64,000 nucleotides of DNA, taken from positions 299,921 through 363,920 of the forward strand of contig NIVC01001072.1 of the NCBI GenBank assembly GCA_002269645.1. The letters run 5' to 3'. Below the pieces are notes generated by a model. That model was not told the DNA's origin. It made no database searches and worked only from the letters and a program-made list of their open reading frames with translations. The translations under genes and the position numbers were made by a program. Position 1 is the first letter of the stretch, and each line of letters opens with the position of its first letter. Origin of the DNA: Macrostomum lignano (lineage: Eukaryota). Of the stretch, positions 10,526-22,703 are shown piece after piece.

Positions 10526-11204
10526 TGTTTCAAGTTTTTTTTAAGAAATAAAATGTAGAAGTTTTTAGAATTTGAGAAATTCCATTTTACATGTTAGTGA
10601 ATAATTTTCATTTGATTTTATTAATTATTTAGAATTTAGAAGTGAACTTAGAAGTAATAAAGAACTAGTCAGATTAATTAGCGAGTTTAGAATAACTCAT
10701 AGAAGCTTTGTGGTTCCTAGTTGTCATCATATTTCGTATACAATGCGATATCAATAGTGATTTATAACATTTTTGACATTTTTATTACTCTGCTTGCGTT
10801 ATCAAGTTGTCGACATGAATAGAAATTAATTCTCACAAATGTCATGTATTTCAATAATTAGTTGATGTGTTTCTCAGAAAACAAACAGTTTCTGTATCGA
10901 ATATTTTGTGCCCATTGCTAATTGGAAAGTAATGCTTTATTTGTTTGTCATTCAGTTTGTCTTTTTGAACGGGAACAAATTAATAACGCCTGTTGCTAGG
11001 AGCTATTTATAGTCTTAGAAAATTTAATTCTCTCTTCGAATGCAGGTTTCGGGTTCTTCAGTATTGTGCTTTTAATCAAAGTGTAATCTTGTTTGTCATT
11101 TCAAAGTTAATCAAAATATTCTTCGAAATCAGAATTTCTTTTTTTTGTTAAAAAATGCTTTGTATTTTCCCCGTTCGGTCAAGCATTGGCGTTATATAAC
11201 CAAA

Positions 11205-13421
11205 TGATGTAACCGCCCTTGTCGCCTGTCCGCTCCGTAGAGAGACGAACGCATGGCTAGAGGGGGCAATGACCGTAGGCTGCCTATGACCGGGCAATGA
11301 CCTGACGGACCTCCAGCACCAGACTGTCCCGCCCACATGATTAGTAGCTTTGGTAGCGCTTCGTGACCAGAGGGCCAAGGACCCACATGGACCCCACCTG
11401 TAGCCAAGGTGCAATAGTTGGTCACTCGGTCATGGTATGACCGAGTGGCTGCCACCACTCTATGTGACCTGGCGCACCTGGATCTTGCTACCAGACCTCT
11501 CGAGGCTAGAGCCCCGCCTGGATTGGTTACCAGGGGATTTAGGCTAACAGGGGAGACACATGCAGCCGAGTACAGGGACTCTGCTTGGGGCATGATCGGG
11601 AACTCTGGGCTCAATCCTGGAGGATTTCTCAGCAGGGGATCCTTTGTGGCTGTGAGCGAGGCTGGCTTGCGACTTTGATTACTAAGAGTAGTATGAGGCG
11701 AACATGTACTGTCTACAGTTTAGATTGCTCAGGGCGAAGGGACGCGTTAGCATGGGGTTGCAACCTTCCTACTGCCATTCTGTGCCAAGACTCGCTAATC
11801 CCTCTACTGCACGCACACGCGGCCCCGCAGCACGCACTCACAGGCGGGCTTTGCACGGGAGAGGCCATTAGCTTACCCAAACTTCCTTATGCTTTGCCAC
11901 CCCGGGAGAAAGGCTTAGCAAGCCATGAGTGAAATGATGGTGAAAGATTGAATAATGATGAAGTTAGTTAATAGTTAATAATTAGGCCCTTAGGCAAATA
12001 AGCAGGCAATTAGGCGGCTTCACTATTGAGTAAAATACAGCAAAAGATACGGTATCACAATTGGCTCAGCTCTCTAATCAGACAATGGAAAATAGGCAAA
12101 CCCCGGATAAGCAAAGGCAATTAGAGCACAAATTAGTAGTAGGAACTTACCGGCAGCTGCACAGAGAGAGAGAGAGGCGGAGTGACCGAGGGCGGCTGTA
12201 GGCTGCAGTCAGGCAGACGGTGAAGCGGCGATGCGCTGGAGCGACGAGGCGCTGATGTAGATCAGGCGATGCTGATGATGCTGGGCGGTATCAGACCGCT
12301 GGCCGATAGGCGAGCTCACTTGGGGAGCTAAGGATAACTTGGCGGTAACAGACCGCGGACCGGCAGGGATTCGTCTTATAGACGAATGGGTCAGAACTCA
12401 ATCTGACAGCAAGTCCAAAGAAGGACGAGGAGAGGAACAGAGATAAACTCAGTTGAGTATTCTCATGCCGAAATCGCTTCCTTTTATAGACCTCACAGCC
12501 GCCTCCTCAAGGTCGTTACCATGGCTCCCTCTCTCTGATTGGCTGCCGGCAGAATGACGTCAGAATGAGTCATGATGAGAAGCATGAGACCGGCATAGCA
12601 ACATGAGAAATCGGGAAATTGCGCAATCCGGAGGTGGGGTGGGGGGATAATTGGCGCAGCGGGTGGTCGCGAAAGTGTTGCGCAAGCAAACATTGAGAAC
12701 AATAGGGCTGGGGTCGAGAACAAAGGAATTGGAAATCGGGGATAATTGGGGAAAACTGAGAACAATGGAAAAGTAAACATTGGAGAAAAGGTGATAATTA
12801 GGTGCGAAAACGAGAACAAAAGAAAGAGAAAATCGGAGAAAATGTGATAATTGGTGGGGGTCGAGAGAACAAAAGAAGCAAAAAACGAGAACAATAGAAG
12901 CGGAGGTGGGGTGGGTGTCACATGAGAAATTTGGGAAGGAGAACAATAGCGTGAGAAAAGGTTGCGCAAGAGAGGGGGATGAGTCATCGATGAGTCACCG
13001 AGGGGGAGAAGGGGTCACACGACTTGCGTCACCGTTTGGGAGTTTGAGAGGGGATGGGGAGACGGTGAGCACACAAAGTACTGTAAGTAGACACAGGGAA
13101 AGAGGGGACAGCGCAGGAAAAGAGTGCAGAGGGAGACAAAAAAAGGAGGAGGTAGAGAAAGTACAGGAAGAATAGGGCGGGAACAGAAGAGATAGGGTAG
13201 AGGGGGAGGTACAGAAAGGGGTAGGGGCTCCGGAAAGGCAGGTGTGGCGGCAGGAGAGACGGGACCAAGGCAGCAGGAGGGTTGCAGCAGAGCGGGAGTC
13301 TCCAGGCCCGGTCGGAGACCTGGCCGAGTCTCGACAGCTCTGTGCAGAGGGTGCACGGGATAGGAGGCACTTTCGAAAAAGTTCCCATGCCCTATCCCGC
13401 GACCAGAGCGTGGTTACATCA
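11205..13421 (-). mobile_element. Solo LTR (2217 bp), probably Ty3/Gypsy
   Basis: TG...CA termini with 10-bp perfect inverted ends (tgatgtaacc / ggttacatca) extending imperfectly to ~22 bp, and a 4-bp TSD caaa (11201-11204 and 13422-13425). No coding domains inside. Orientation inferred from promoter motifs. Confidence 0.75.
12482..12572 (-). promoter_or_regulatory. LTR U3-like promoter: AP-1, CRE, CCAAT, TATA
   Basis: TGAGTCA 12566-12572, TGACGTCA 12555-12562, CCAAT (minus) 12538-12542, TATAAAA (minus) 12488-12482, in promoter order. Two more TGAGTCA at 12980-12986 and 12991-12997. Confidence 0.55.
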
Positions 13422-15299
13422 CAAAACCATATATATATACATATATGGATATTTACATCTCAATATTATTTGTAACTTTATTGTCCTCTACTCTGTCTCT
13501 ATATCTATGCATAAAAATTATTTCAAAATATATATTTAGTAAAATCAAGGTTTTTAGTCAAGCCGATGACAAGAGAGAGAGAGAGAGGAGTTGCTGAGAC
13601 TGACAATTGAGCTGGTGTTCGTTATTACAATTAATTGTCTTATATTTGTTGAACAAAATGGCATTTGGAAATTTTGTGTTTCTTGTTCAGTTTTTCATTT
13701 AAACACGCTACGTTTATTACTTTTCATGGCCGAGTGAAAGTAGACAGTGAAGTAAATTTGTCAGAAATGAATTAATACTGATGTCTGGACTAATGCCAAG
13801 AGCTGTTAGATACAGAAGCCTGTTAGATATAGAAATACGAGTTAAAATAAGGAAAATCCTACCAATTAGGCATTTAAATCAGGATTCAACCTGTTAATGT
13901 ACTTTACAGAAGTCATTTTCTTATCTATATTGAGAATTTTTTCTGGCGGTTTCAAGTCAAGGACTACTCTCAAGTAGAAGCTGACGGAAAAGTACGTTTC
14001 TTGGGGAAATGTAGAATGCGGGGTTTAGCGAAAAATACACTACGGAGATAGGAGGCTTTCATTTTTCAGCACAAAAATTGTTATTAATTTTGATATTCGT
14101 AAAGATTTTCGTTTATAATCAATTTATAGGATTATGTTCATTTTGCATCCTAAGCAATCAATCAGGAAAAGCAGAGCTCTCGTATCAAAAGACAAACATT
14201 GGGTCTGCCTCCTATCAAAAGCAATGTTTTTCTTTCGAGGTCTCCCCGCTCTCGGACCGCTTTCAGTAGCATTTCAAGAATTTTCCTATCTTTTTTCGCG
14301 CACTCCCGGGATTTGTCTGCTGGTGGTGGCTTGGGTGGACTCGGTCCTAGCACCGTCCCTGATTCCACTATGGGTTGACGGCGTCTTAGTCCATTGGCTT
14401 GGGTTAGTAGCACCAATTAGGTTTTCCCCAGGCCACGACGTCAGGTTCCAACCCGGACAGCTTGGGCTATATGTACATGCCCCTGGTAGATGTGCCCCCC
14501 CTCAGCGGCAAAGCCCTTCCCTGGGCTGATACGCGGGAGCGCCTGAGCTACCCATCTCGTTTAACAACAACAAAACCTGTCTCCCAAATTTTCCCAGAAA
14601 CGAGTCCAGCTTGTTTCAAGTTGCAAAAGTACACAGCTAGTTGGTAGTGCCGACCCCGGCGGACGTACAGAAAATCTTTTCACTCAAATTGAACCCGAGA
14701 AATAATTGTAATTGTGAAAATTGCCCTCGAAAATGACCCCACGAATGAATTTTCCGTCTGACCGATCGGATTAATAACAGGTGGAGAGTCTCGTGTGTCT
14801 TGCAAGCTCCATCAAAGCAGAATTTGAAGCAGAAAAGATTGTATCCGATTTGAACAAAAAACTTAATTTAATGATTTTTGGTAATTAAACTCAATCACGC
14901 GTGCATGTAGTTTTCTAAGCAAAAAAGGAAGGTCTTATACATAATGGTATATTGCAGACTAGAGTTAGCCCGAAGGAATCTGATTGGACAAGACAGGCGG
15001 CCAATTAGAGAAGCCGAAACTATGGATCGGTTATAAAGTAACGATGCAAACACCGTATATCTTCGTGCAGACTTGTTGAACTGTTGAAAATATTCGGCTT
15101 TTGGATTTTTATGGTAATGCAGAGAACGCTTACGAGTACTCGTATGTTCATGTATTGTGCGCTTATTATACTGCTGCTTTGCATTGCCGGACTCGCCAGT
15201 GAGTCGACATCGGTACTACTGTTGGCTCAACAACCTGCAACTCGCATGCCTGGAAAGTGAGAACTTTGAGCCACATTTTATCAGCCTCAACCTCGATCC

Positions 15300-15700
15300 T
15301 GTCCTCTTTCTATCTGCCTACTCTCCTTTCCCTACTCTCCTCTCTCCCTGTCTCCTCTCTCCCTACTCTTCTCTCTATCCGCTCTCCCTTCTCTCCGCTC
15401 TCCCTTCTCTCCGCTCTCCCTTCTCTCCGCTCTCCCTACTCTCCTCTGTCTCTCCTCTCCTGTCTCCTCTCTCCCCTCTCTCCCCTCTCCCTATATTCTC
15501 CTCTCTCCCTACTCTTCTCTCTTCAAACTCTTCTCTCTTACTACTCTCCTCTCCCTACTCTCCTCTCTCCTTTTTCTCCTCTCTCCCTCTGTCCTCTCCC
15601 TCCATCCCCTCTCCCTTATCTCTTCTTGTCCTTCTCTCGTCTCTGCTTTCTGTTTCCTCTCTCCTATCTTTATACTCTCCTCTCACCCTCTCTCTATTTG
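15300..15700. repeat. CT-rich low-complexity tract
   Basis: Polypyrimidine composition on the + strand. Confidence 0.9.
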
Positions 15701-15703
15701 TCC

Positions 15704-15815
15704 ATACAGACCGTGAAAGCGCGGCCTATCGATCCCTTTGATTAATCAGAGTTTGATGCAAGGGGTGTCAGAAATACCACAGGGATAACTGGCTTGTGGC
15801 GGCCAAGCGTCCATA
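15704..15815 (+). pseudogene. 28S rRNA fragment (domain V, peptidyl-transferase region), dispersed pseudogenic piece
   Basis: atacagaccgtgaaagcg...ggtgtcagaaa-taccacagggataactggcttgtggcggccaagcgt matches the conserved eukaryotic LSU sequence. About 3 nt are missing from GAAAAGTTACC, and the flanks are not rDNA. Confidence 0.88.
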
Positions 15816-15910
15816 CTTGTTATAATTCATGTACGCTCGTACATTAATGGCGCAGATCCAGAGGGAAGTCAGTGACCATTGCGGAGGGAAAATTCTCGAG
15901 TTAGCTGATC

Positions 15911-16410
15911 ATGACCTCACTTGGCCGCCAAATATTGCTCTATTTTTTGACAATAGTGGATCCAGATTCCAGAAGGTTGAGAAGGTCAGCTAACCTCTCC
16001 CTCGAAAAAAGATCAGCAGTTAATCTTCTCAAACCACCTGCAAACATCAGGACAGGATTAATGTCCTATAAACGGCTACTAAAGAACTCCGATCAAGCAA
16101 CAACAATCAGGATTCTACCAGTTGCCATGGAAACCACCGGAAACGAAGACGGCACTAATGTTGTAATAAAGCCGATTAAAATAACAACAACGGCAGCACC
16201 ATCGCAGTCAACGGGATCTGCCGACGATGTATTGGATGCTGAGGCGGCCAGAGAATTTCGCAGTCGAATGTTTCGTCGACGAACTCTGATTACTCTGCCG
16301 GTGATTGGCGCGCTGATATTTGCAGTTGCGGTGGCCTGCCGCTGCTGCTCCTGGATTAAACGGGACATACGAGCCCACGACGATAAAATTAATAATATAC
16401 TGAGCAACAG
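15911..16410 (+). CDS. Uncharacterised single-pass membrane protein, exon 1 (predicted total 462 aa)
   Basis: ATG 15911; hydrophobic segment TLITLPVIGALIFAVAVA followed by CRCC; phase-2 donor AG|GTGGGC at 16411. Confidence 0.65.
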
Positions 16411-16521
16411 GTGGGCTATAAATAATGGTTGTATAGATTGTACATTCGCCTCGTATAGCTGGTCCTGCGGAGGGGACTAAACCGGACAAGAGGCATTGAC
16501 CAACGAGAGGAGTGGGTTGGG

Positions 16522-16733
16522 TTGGACACTTAAAAGCGAGAGGAATGGGGTGGTGGGTGCAGGCGGGACACTTACAAGCGAGAGGAATGGGGTGGTGGGT
16601 GCAGGCGGGACACTTACAAGCGAGAGGAATGGGGTGGTGGGTGCAGGCGGGACACTTACAAGCGAGAGGAATGGGGTGGTGGGTGCAGGCGGGACACTTA
16701 CAAGCGAGAGGAATTGGGTGGTGGGTGCAGGCG
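16522..16733. repeat. 42-bp intronic tandem repeat x ~5
   Basis: acttacaagcgagaggaatggggtggtgggtgcaggcgggac units inside predicted intron 16411-16798. Confidence 0.93.
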
Positions 16734-16798
16734 TGGCGCTAAAGGAACCAATTAACTCAGAAGCCAGACTTATCCTGAAGTACTATCGAAACCCGCAG

Positions 16799-17406
16799 CG
16801 AGCTGCGTCTACAGTACATTGCCCAACTAGACGAGCGTGAGGCGCGCGACATTGAGCGCCAACAGCGACGCGCGCCAGATCAAGATAACAATCCAAATGA
16901 TACAACGGCTAATGTAATCACAGCTGCTGTCGACGTCATCGCTGATGCAAACCGAGATAATCATAATCAGCAGCTGGAACGCCTGCAGTCGTGGCGCCGA
17001 AGAGCTTCAAGTCGAGCAGCCGAGGCCTCCATGGCGGCATCGTCAACAGCTGAAGTTCAAGTCTGCAAGCTTCGCCGAATTCGCAGCGCAGTGGGCTACA
17101 GCAACAATCCAGGCCTACGTCTTGCCGCCTCCAGCGGCCACCAACAGCAGCAGCGACTGACGAGCAGCAGCGCGGTAAAAGTCGGCACTACCGCGGGTGG
17201 ACTCCGTCGGATTCATAGCGCCGCCTACTACACGTATCGGCAGGAGTTCGACAATTTCGGCGAATTGCCAGCCGGCGGCGCGTCGGTTGCTATGGCAACT
17301 GGACACGCGGCCGGACACAGGCTGGCTCGAGCAAAATCGCTAACCGCTGGACGAGGCAGTTCGCGAAGACGTCAGCAGCAGCAAAGGCGGTCGCAGATGA
17401 TCACGA
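16799..17406 (+). CDS. Uncharacterised membrane protein, exon 2
   Basis: Acceptor cccgcag; open for 608 nt in the phase required by exon 1 (ELRLQYIAQLDEREARDIERQQ...), running into track ORF 17031-17411; phase-1 donor A|GTTAGT at 17407. Confidence 0.7.
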
Positions 17407-17513
17407 GTTAGTCTCTTGCTGTGATAGCTTACTGATATAATAGTAGAAAGTATAGCGTTTTAGATCTATTTAAAAAGATTAAAAAGCTAACTAAATAACT
17501 GTAATATTTCCAG

Positions 17514-17794
17514 CTCCATCACAGGTCAGCATTCCCCAACCTACAGCAGCAGTTACCGCAACCGCCGCAGCCGCTGTTTTCTCGCTAAACAGCACCGACA
17601 ATCTTGAAGACATGCTGGATCAACAGCAGCAACCGCAAGAACAAGAAGACTATTCCCCTTCACGGCCGTCCCAGAACAACTCCAGACGTCAGCAGAGTCG
17701 GAGCTTGACCTTGGAAGTTCCCCTAGCACATGATCCCAAACTGCAGGAAGCGCCTTCGCGCGAAGTATGTCGCTTCGAAAAATGGCATGAGTAA
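17514..17794 (+). CDS. Uncharacterised membrane protein, exon 3 (terminal)
   Basis: Branch-like gctaac near 17486 and acceptor atttccag; phase 1 puts it in frame with ORF 17612-17794. Spliced length 1389 nt = 462 aa + stop. Confidence 0.65.
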
Positions 17795-17989
17795 TCTGCG
17801 TACATGTAGGTGCACATACATGTCCAAGTGCATGTGCATGGAGTCCCAAGTCATGTGACCATGCAATTTTTGCGTCATTTTCTCAGTTTCCACGCCATGA
17901 CCCTTACAAAAATATGCAACTCCCTGATATAAGCAACAACACTTCGTTGTTTTTGCGTCCATTCTTTTTTTGTCCCTAGACGTTTTAGT

Positions 17990-18535
17990 CACAGGTAGAC
18001 AGTCTAATCACAGGTATAGACAGTCTAATCACAGGTATAGACAGCCTAATCACAGGTATAGACAGCCTAATCACAGGTATAGAAAGTCTAATCACAGGTA
18101 TAGACACTTTAATCACAGGTATAGACAGTCTAATCACAGCTATGACACTTTAGTCGCAGGTATAAACAGTCTAATCACAGGTATAGACACTTTAATCACA
18201 GGTAGACAGTCTAATCACAGCTATAGAAAGTCTAATCACAGGTATAGACAGTCTAATCACAGCTATAGAAAGTCTAATCACAGGTATAGACACTTTAATC
18301 ACAGCTATAGAAAGTCTAGACAGGTATAGAGTCTAATCACAGGTATAGAAAGTCTAATCACAGGTATAGACAGTCTAATCACAGCTATAGAAAGTCTAAT
18401 CACAGGTATAGACACTTTAATCACAGCTATAGAAAGTCTAATCACAGGTATAGACACTTTAATCACAGCTATAGAAAGTCTAGACAGGTATAGAGTCTAA
18501 TCACAGGTATAGACAGTCTAATCACGGGTATAGAC
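17990..18535. repeat. 21-bp tandem repeat (agacagtctaatcacaggtat) with variants
   Basis: Read directly; lies between two convergent genes. Confidence 0.93.
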
Positions 18536-19737
18536 TTGTGAATAGGTAAAAACACGCGTTGTTATAATTTTCAATTTCAATCGTTTCAACTAATCAAATT
18601 ATTTGTAACCAAGCAAAATGTAAGATTGTTTTTTATTTATTTAAAAAGGAACTTACAAAGTACTTTAAATAAATATACATAGAAATAATTAGTCAAGTAA
18701 TGTCGACAAATAAACGTTGAAACTTTCAATGAAATAAGTAATATAATAATGCTTGCAATTTAAACACAAAACCAAATGAGCCTTAATTAATAAGCAAAGA
18801 CATTGTGAATATTATAAGATCGTGCTGTCAACTATTGATCTGAGGCGCTGACACAATACACCAAATCAATTGACAACAGCAAAACAAATCATTCTATTCA
18901 ATGCAATTACAAACATTCCTTTTTAACTTGCTAGTGCAACAAATTTCCAAGTTAATAAACACTGAATACTACTATCTAGGATAAGTAAGTAGTCTAATTA
19001 GATTTTTTTAATTAAATCAATACTAAAATCGAATAAAAATTGAGGCCACTGTAGACAAGCGAATGGCGAGCATAATCTGAGTAAATATTTAATAAGGCAG
19101 CCTTATCTGAAACCTTAAACAACATGGAAGAAGAGATCAGTGGGACGCGAGTGCTATCAGAGTCACATTGTTGGCAACAACAAAAATGTATTCCAAGAAA
19201 TCACACTCGCGTTTGGAAGCGTCTCAGTGTTCTTAATCTTAATATACAAGTTTAGTAAAAAACTTTTCTTGGCACTACATTAATAAACCAATCTGATTTT
19301 CACTTTTTTTGACAGCATAAATCCAATTTGTTCGTTAAAATTTAAATTCGTGCGAAAAAAATATTAGTTAATTAAAACAAGCCAAAAATTATTTGTATAC
19401 TAACAGATTCAGTAGAATAAACTTATACCAATTTTTGTCATAGTCCCGCAAAATTTGTTTGTTCAAAGAAACATAAAATGTTGAATTCGCGCCAAAATTG
19501 GTGATTGATAATTACAACAAAAATTACGATTATGAATATTTAAATGATGAATTTAAAATTAGTTAATTATATCGCTTAAAAGAATGAAACCACTATAGTG
19601 CGTGAAGGGGAAAAACGATACCGAATATTATTTTAAGCTACTAATAGTAGGGCACGAGAAAAACGCGCGCACGATTTTGATGTCTCAATTTCTTAAGTAG
19701 TAAGTTTTCATTAATAGAACAGTTTTCAAAATACAAT

Positions 19738-19917
19738 TCAATAAGCTGGCTGCTGGTACTGGCCGCCGCCGGAGCTCAGATCGCCGGTTTCGCCTCCGCC
19801 GTAACCGGACGACTTCTGGTAGCCTCCGCCTTGGCCAGCCGTGTCCGAGCCGAAACCCGGATAGTCAGTGCCCAGGTGGGGGCCGCCGCTGCCGCCGCCA
19901 CCAACCTGCGACTCGAT
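19738..19917 (-). CDS. SYNGR: Synaptogyrin, exon 4 (Gly/Tyr-rich tail ending GGGQYQQPAY-stop)
   Basis: Acceptor ctgtcag, phase 0, TGA at 19740-19738. Confidence 0.85.
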   Translation of the reverse strand: MESQVGGGGSGGPHLGTDYPGFGSDTAGQGGGYQKSSGYGGGETGDLSSGGGQYQQPAY

Positions 19918-20114
19918 CTGACAGATTTCGTTTTTTAGGGGGGGGGGGGAGTGCAGAACATCTAGGCTGGGTTTTAAGCGAGACTAAAGTTGCTTCAATT
20001 AATTCACACTACTCAGTCACTCTACTAATCACGCTTATGTCACCCTCTTTACCGCTGTACTCTACCATAACTCTACTAACCACTCTACCCAGCCAGTCTA
20101 CGTGCTACTCTCCT

Positions 20115-20466
20115 AGTCACTCTCCTTGTCACTCTACCCGGTCACTCTACCCGGTCACTCTCCTTGTCACTCTACCCGGTCACTCTCCTTGTCACTCTAC
20201 CCGGTCACTCTCCTTGTCACTGTACTCAGTCACTCTCCTTGTCACTCTACCCGGTCACTCTCCTTGTCACTCTACCCGGTCACTCTCCTTGTCACTGTAC
20301 CCAGTCACTCTCCTTGTCACTACCCGGTCACTCTCCTTTTCACTACCCGGTCACTCTCCTTGTCACTACCCGGTCACTCTCCTTGTCACTACCCAGTCCC
20401 TCTCCTCGTCACTCTACCCGGTCACTCTCCTTGTCACTTTCCTTGTCACTCTCCTTGTCACTCTAC
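20115..20466. repeat. 25-bp intronic tandem repeat (cttgtcactctacccggtcactctc) built from two gtcactct subunits
   Basis: Inside synaptogyrin intron 3. Confidence 0.92.
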
Positions 20467-20487
20467 CAGCTCAAACTCCATTCCTAC

Positions 20488-20717
20488 CTGATCGGTGGTG
20501 TCAAAAGCGCCCTGCACTCCTTGGCGATATTTTTGTACGGCAAAATAAGCCAACGCGGCGAAGGTGCCAATAGAGAAAAATGAGAAAGCAATGCTGGCCC
20601 TGACATTGGACACCTGCCACGGCTGAATGAGCTTCAAATCGATGAACACCTGCGGAGTGTTGCTCAGCTTGTTGGTCATGTAGCAGAAGGCCACGAAGTA
20701 GAAAAACGACCAAATTG
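20488..20717 (-). CDS. SYNGR: Synaptogyrin, exon 3
   Basis: IWSFFYFVAFCYMTNK...RASIAFSFFSI matches MARVEL TM3-TM4 of synaptogyrins. Acceptor gttgcag, donor CAG|GTAGGA. Confidence 0.92.
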
Positions 20718-20744
20718 CTGCAACGGTTTTTCGGGTTTGGTTAG

Positions 20745-21320
20745 ACAGTCAGTCAGTCAGTCAGTCAGTCAGTCACCCACCCACTCACTCAAGTCAGTCA
20801 GTCAGTCAGTCAGTCAGTCAGTCAGTCAGTCAGTCAGTCAGTCAGTCAGTCAGTCAGTCAGTCAGTCAGTCATTCAGTCAGTCAGTCAGTCAGTCAGTCA
20901 CCCACCCACTCACTCAAGTCAGTCAGTCAGTCAGTCAGTCAGTCAGTCAGTCAGTCACCCACTCACTTAAGTCAGTCAGTCAGTCACCCACTCACTCAAG
21001 TCAGTCAGTCAGTCACCCACTCACTCAAGTCAGTCAGTCAGTCACCCACTCACTCAAGTCAGTCAGTCAGTCAGTCAGTCAGTCAGTCAGTCACCCACTC
21101 ACTCAAGTCAGTCAGTCAGTCAGTCAGTCAGTCAGTCAGTCACCCACTCACTCAAGTCAGTCAGTCAGTCAGTCAGTCAGTCAGTCAGTCAGTCAGTCAG
21201 TCAGTCAGTCAGTCAGTCAGTCAGTCAGTCAGTCAGTCAGTCAGTCAGTCAGTCAGTCAGTCAGTCAGTCAGTCAGTCAGGCAGTCAGTCAGTCAGTCAG
21301 TCAGTCAGCCAGTCAGTCAG
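20745..21320. repeat. (CAGT)n microsatellite with cacccactcactcaa interruptions
   Basis: Fills synaptogyrin intron 2. Confidence 0.95.
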
Positions 21321-21344
21321 TAAAGCAATTTAGATGCCCCTCAC

Positions 21345-21564
21345 CAGAGAACACGATATCAGACAGCACTGTATATTTCCTGTGCTCAGCAGAGGAGAAC
21401 TGTGCAAACACAGCGTCTAAAATCAGGAAGACAATGCAAGCAACAAATGCCATTGCGCCAACAAAAATTCCAAAACCGCAGGCGCCATGATCGCCATTCA
21501 TGATGCAGGTGTCTTCAACATAACCACCGGCGCTGATGCAGGCAAATACTATTATGGAGAAGAA
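21345..21564 (-). CDS. SYNGR: Synaptogyrin, exon 2
   Basis: FFSIIVFACI...CIMNGDHGACGFGIFVGAMAF...RKYTVLSDI matches the family. Acceptor cattgcag, phase-1 donor G|GTGAGG. Confidence 0.92.
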
Positions 21565-22703
21565 CTGCAATGAACATGGGGTTTGCAATACAAAATATTA
21601 ATTAATAAAGTAAAAGTAAAAAATCTTTATTTATGAAAATTAAGACAGTATCTGGAGCTACAAAAATCTAGACACCAAGTCTGTTGTTGACTTTAGGCTA
21701 CATTAGGGTCTTCCTAAATGAAACAATTCAGTTTGCTATCATAGATTTGCTGACAATTGCCATAAAAAACAGCAGGCGATGTGCATCTTTTTTGTTTGAT
21801 TGTTCAACTTCTTATTGTAGATTGAGATCAAGTCTAGCAGGCCAACTGCTTTGTTTATTTTTAATTCTATGTAGAATTGTATATTCTCTGAGCCTAAAAA
21901 CCATTAAAAAGCATGGCTTAGCTCATTATGATTATTGTGATTGTATTTTATAAATTATGATTATATTTTATCATTGTTAGCTGACTATGTAACAATATGT
22001 GTAACGGAGATGATAAAATAGATTCATAAAACCAGAGTCAAGACTCAAGTTGTGCCATGCATTTTTATAAGTTTTAGTTAGATAGAATTAATGTATATTA
22101 TATAACTATAACATAGAATCCTAATTTTCCAGGGCAACTTTGCAATGAGATGCAGAGGGTTTGCATGCTTTTTAGTACCTAGTATTTTGGTATCCTAGAT
22201 ATATCCTAGTTTTTGATGCCTAAATAATAAAATAATCTTAAAAAATATAATAAATATTTTATAAAACTTTTATTTCTCTTAATAAACGCAGTATAAATTT
22301 TGTTAAACTGACATGTTTTTTCATTTTGAAAAATCCAATTAATTTAATTGCATTTTCTGATACAAGGCTATACTTAGAATATGTGGTAAAGCTAAGAAGA
22401 CTTAGTTAGATAATAATGATATCCACCAATGATGCTACATATAGTTTTGATTGAAATTATGAAATCTGACAAATCTTACCTAAGTATTAATTAGTATTGA
22501 TTTGATTTCTAATTTCTTAAGTAACATGCAATCATGTTTTGATTTCTCAAAAAATCAAGACAAATAAAAATTTAATTAAAATGAGAAACTTTTTTTAAAA
22601 AATCAAAACAATAGGTCAGCTTAACAAAATGAATAATACCTTAGTTATTTATAGTAAAGATGTAATGGAAAGCATTTATTGTTGAATTAGGGCTCACTTT
22701 TTT

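Noticed and set aside
12265-12320. Possible hammerhead ribozyme (CTGATGA) in the solo LTR
   Set aside because: No GAAA after the stem (GATA instead), and no stems I/III with a UH cleavage triplet could be built.
14134-14690. GC-rich stretch with short ORFs, possibly a TE remnant
   Set aside because: No recognisable motif, termini or consistent splice structure in any frame.
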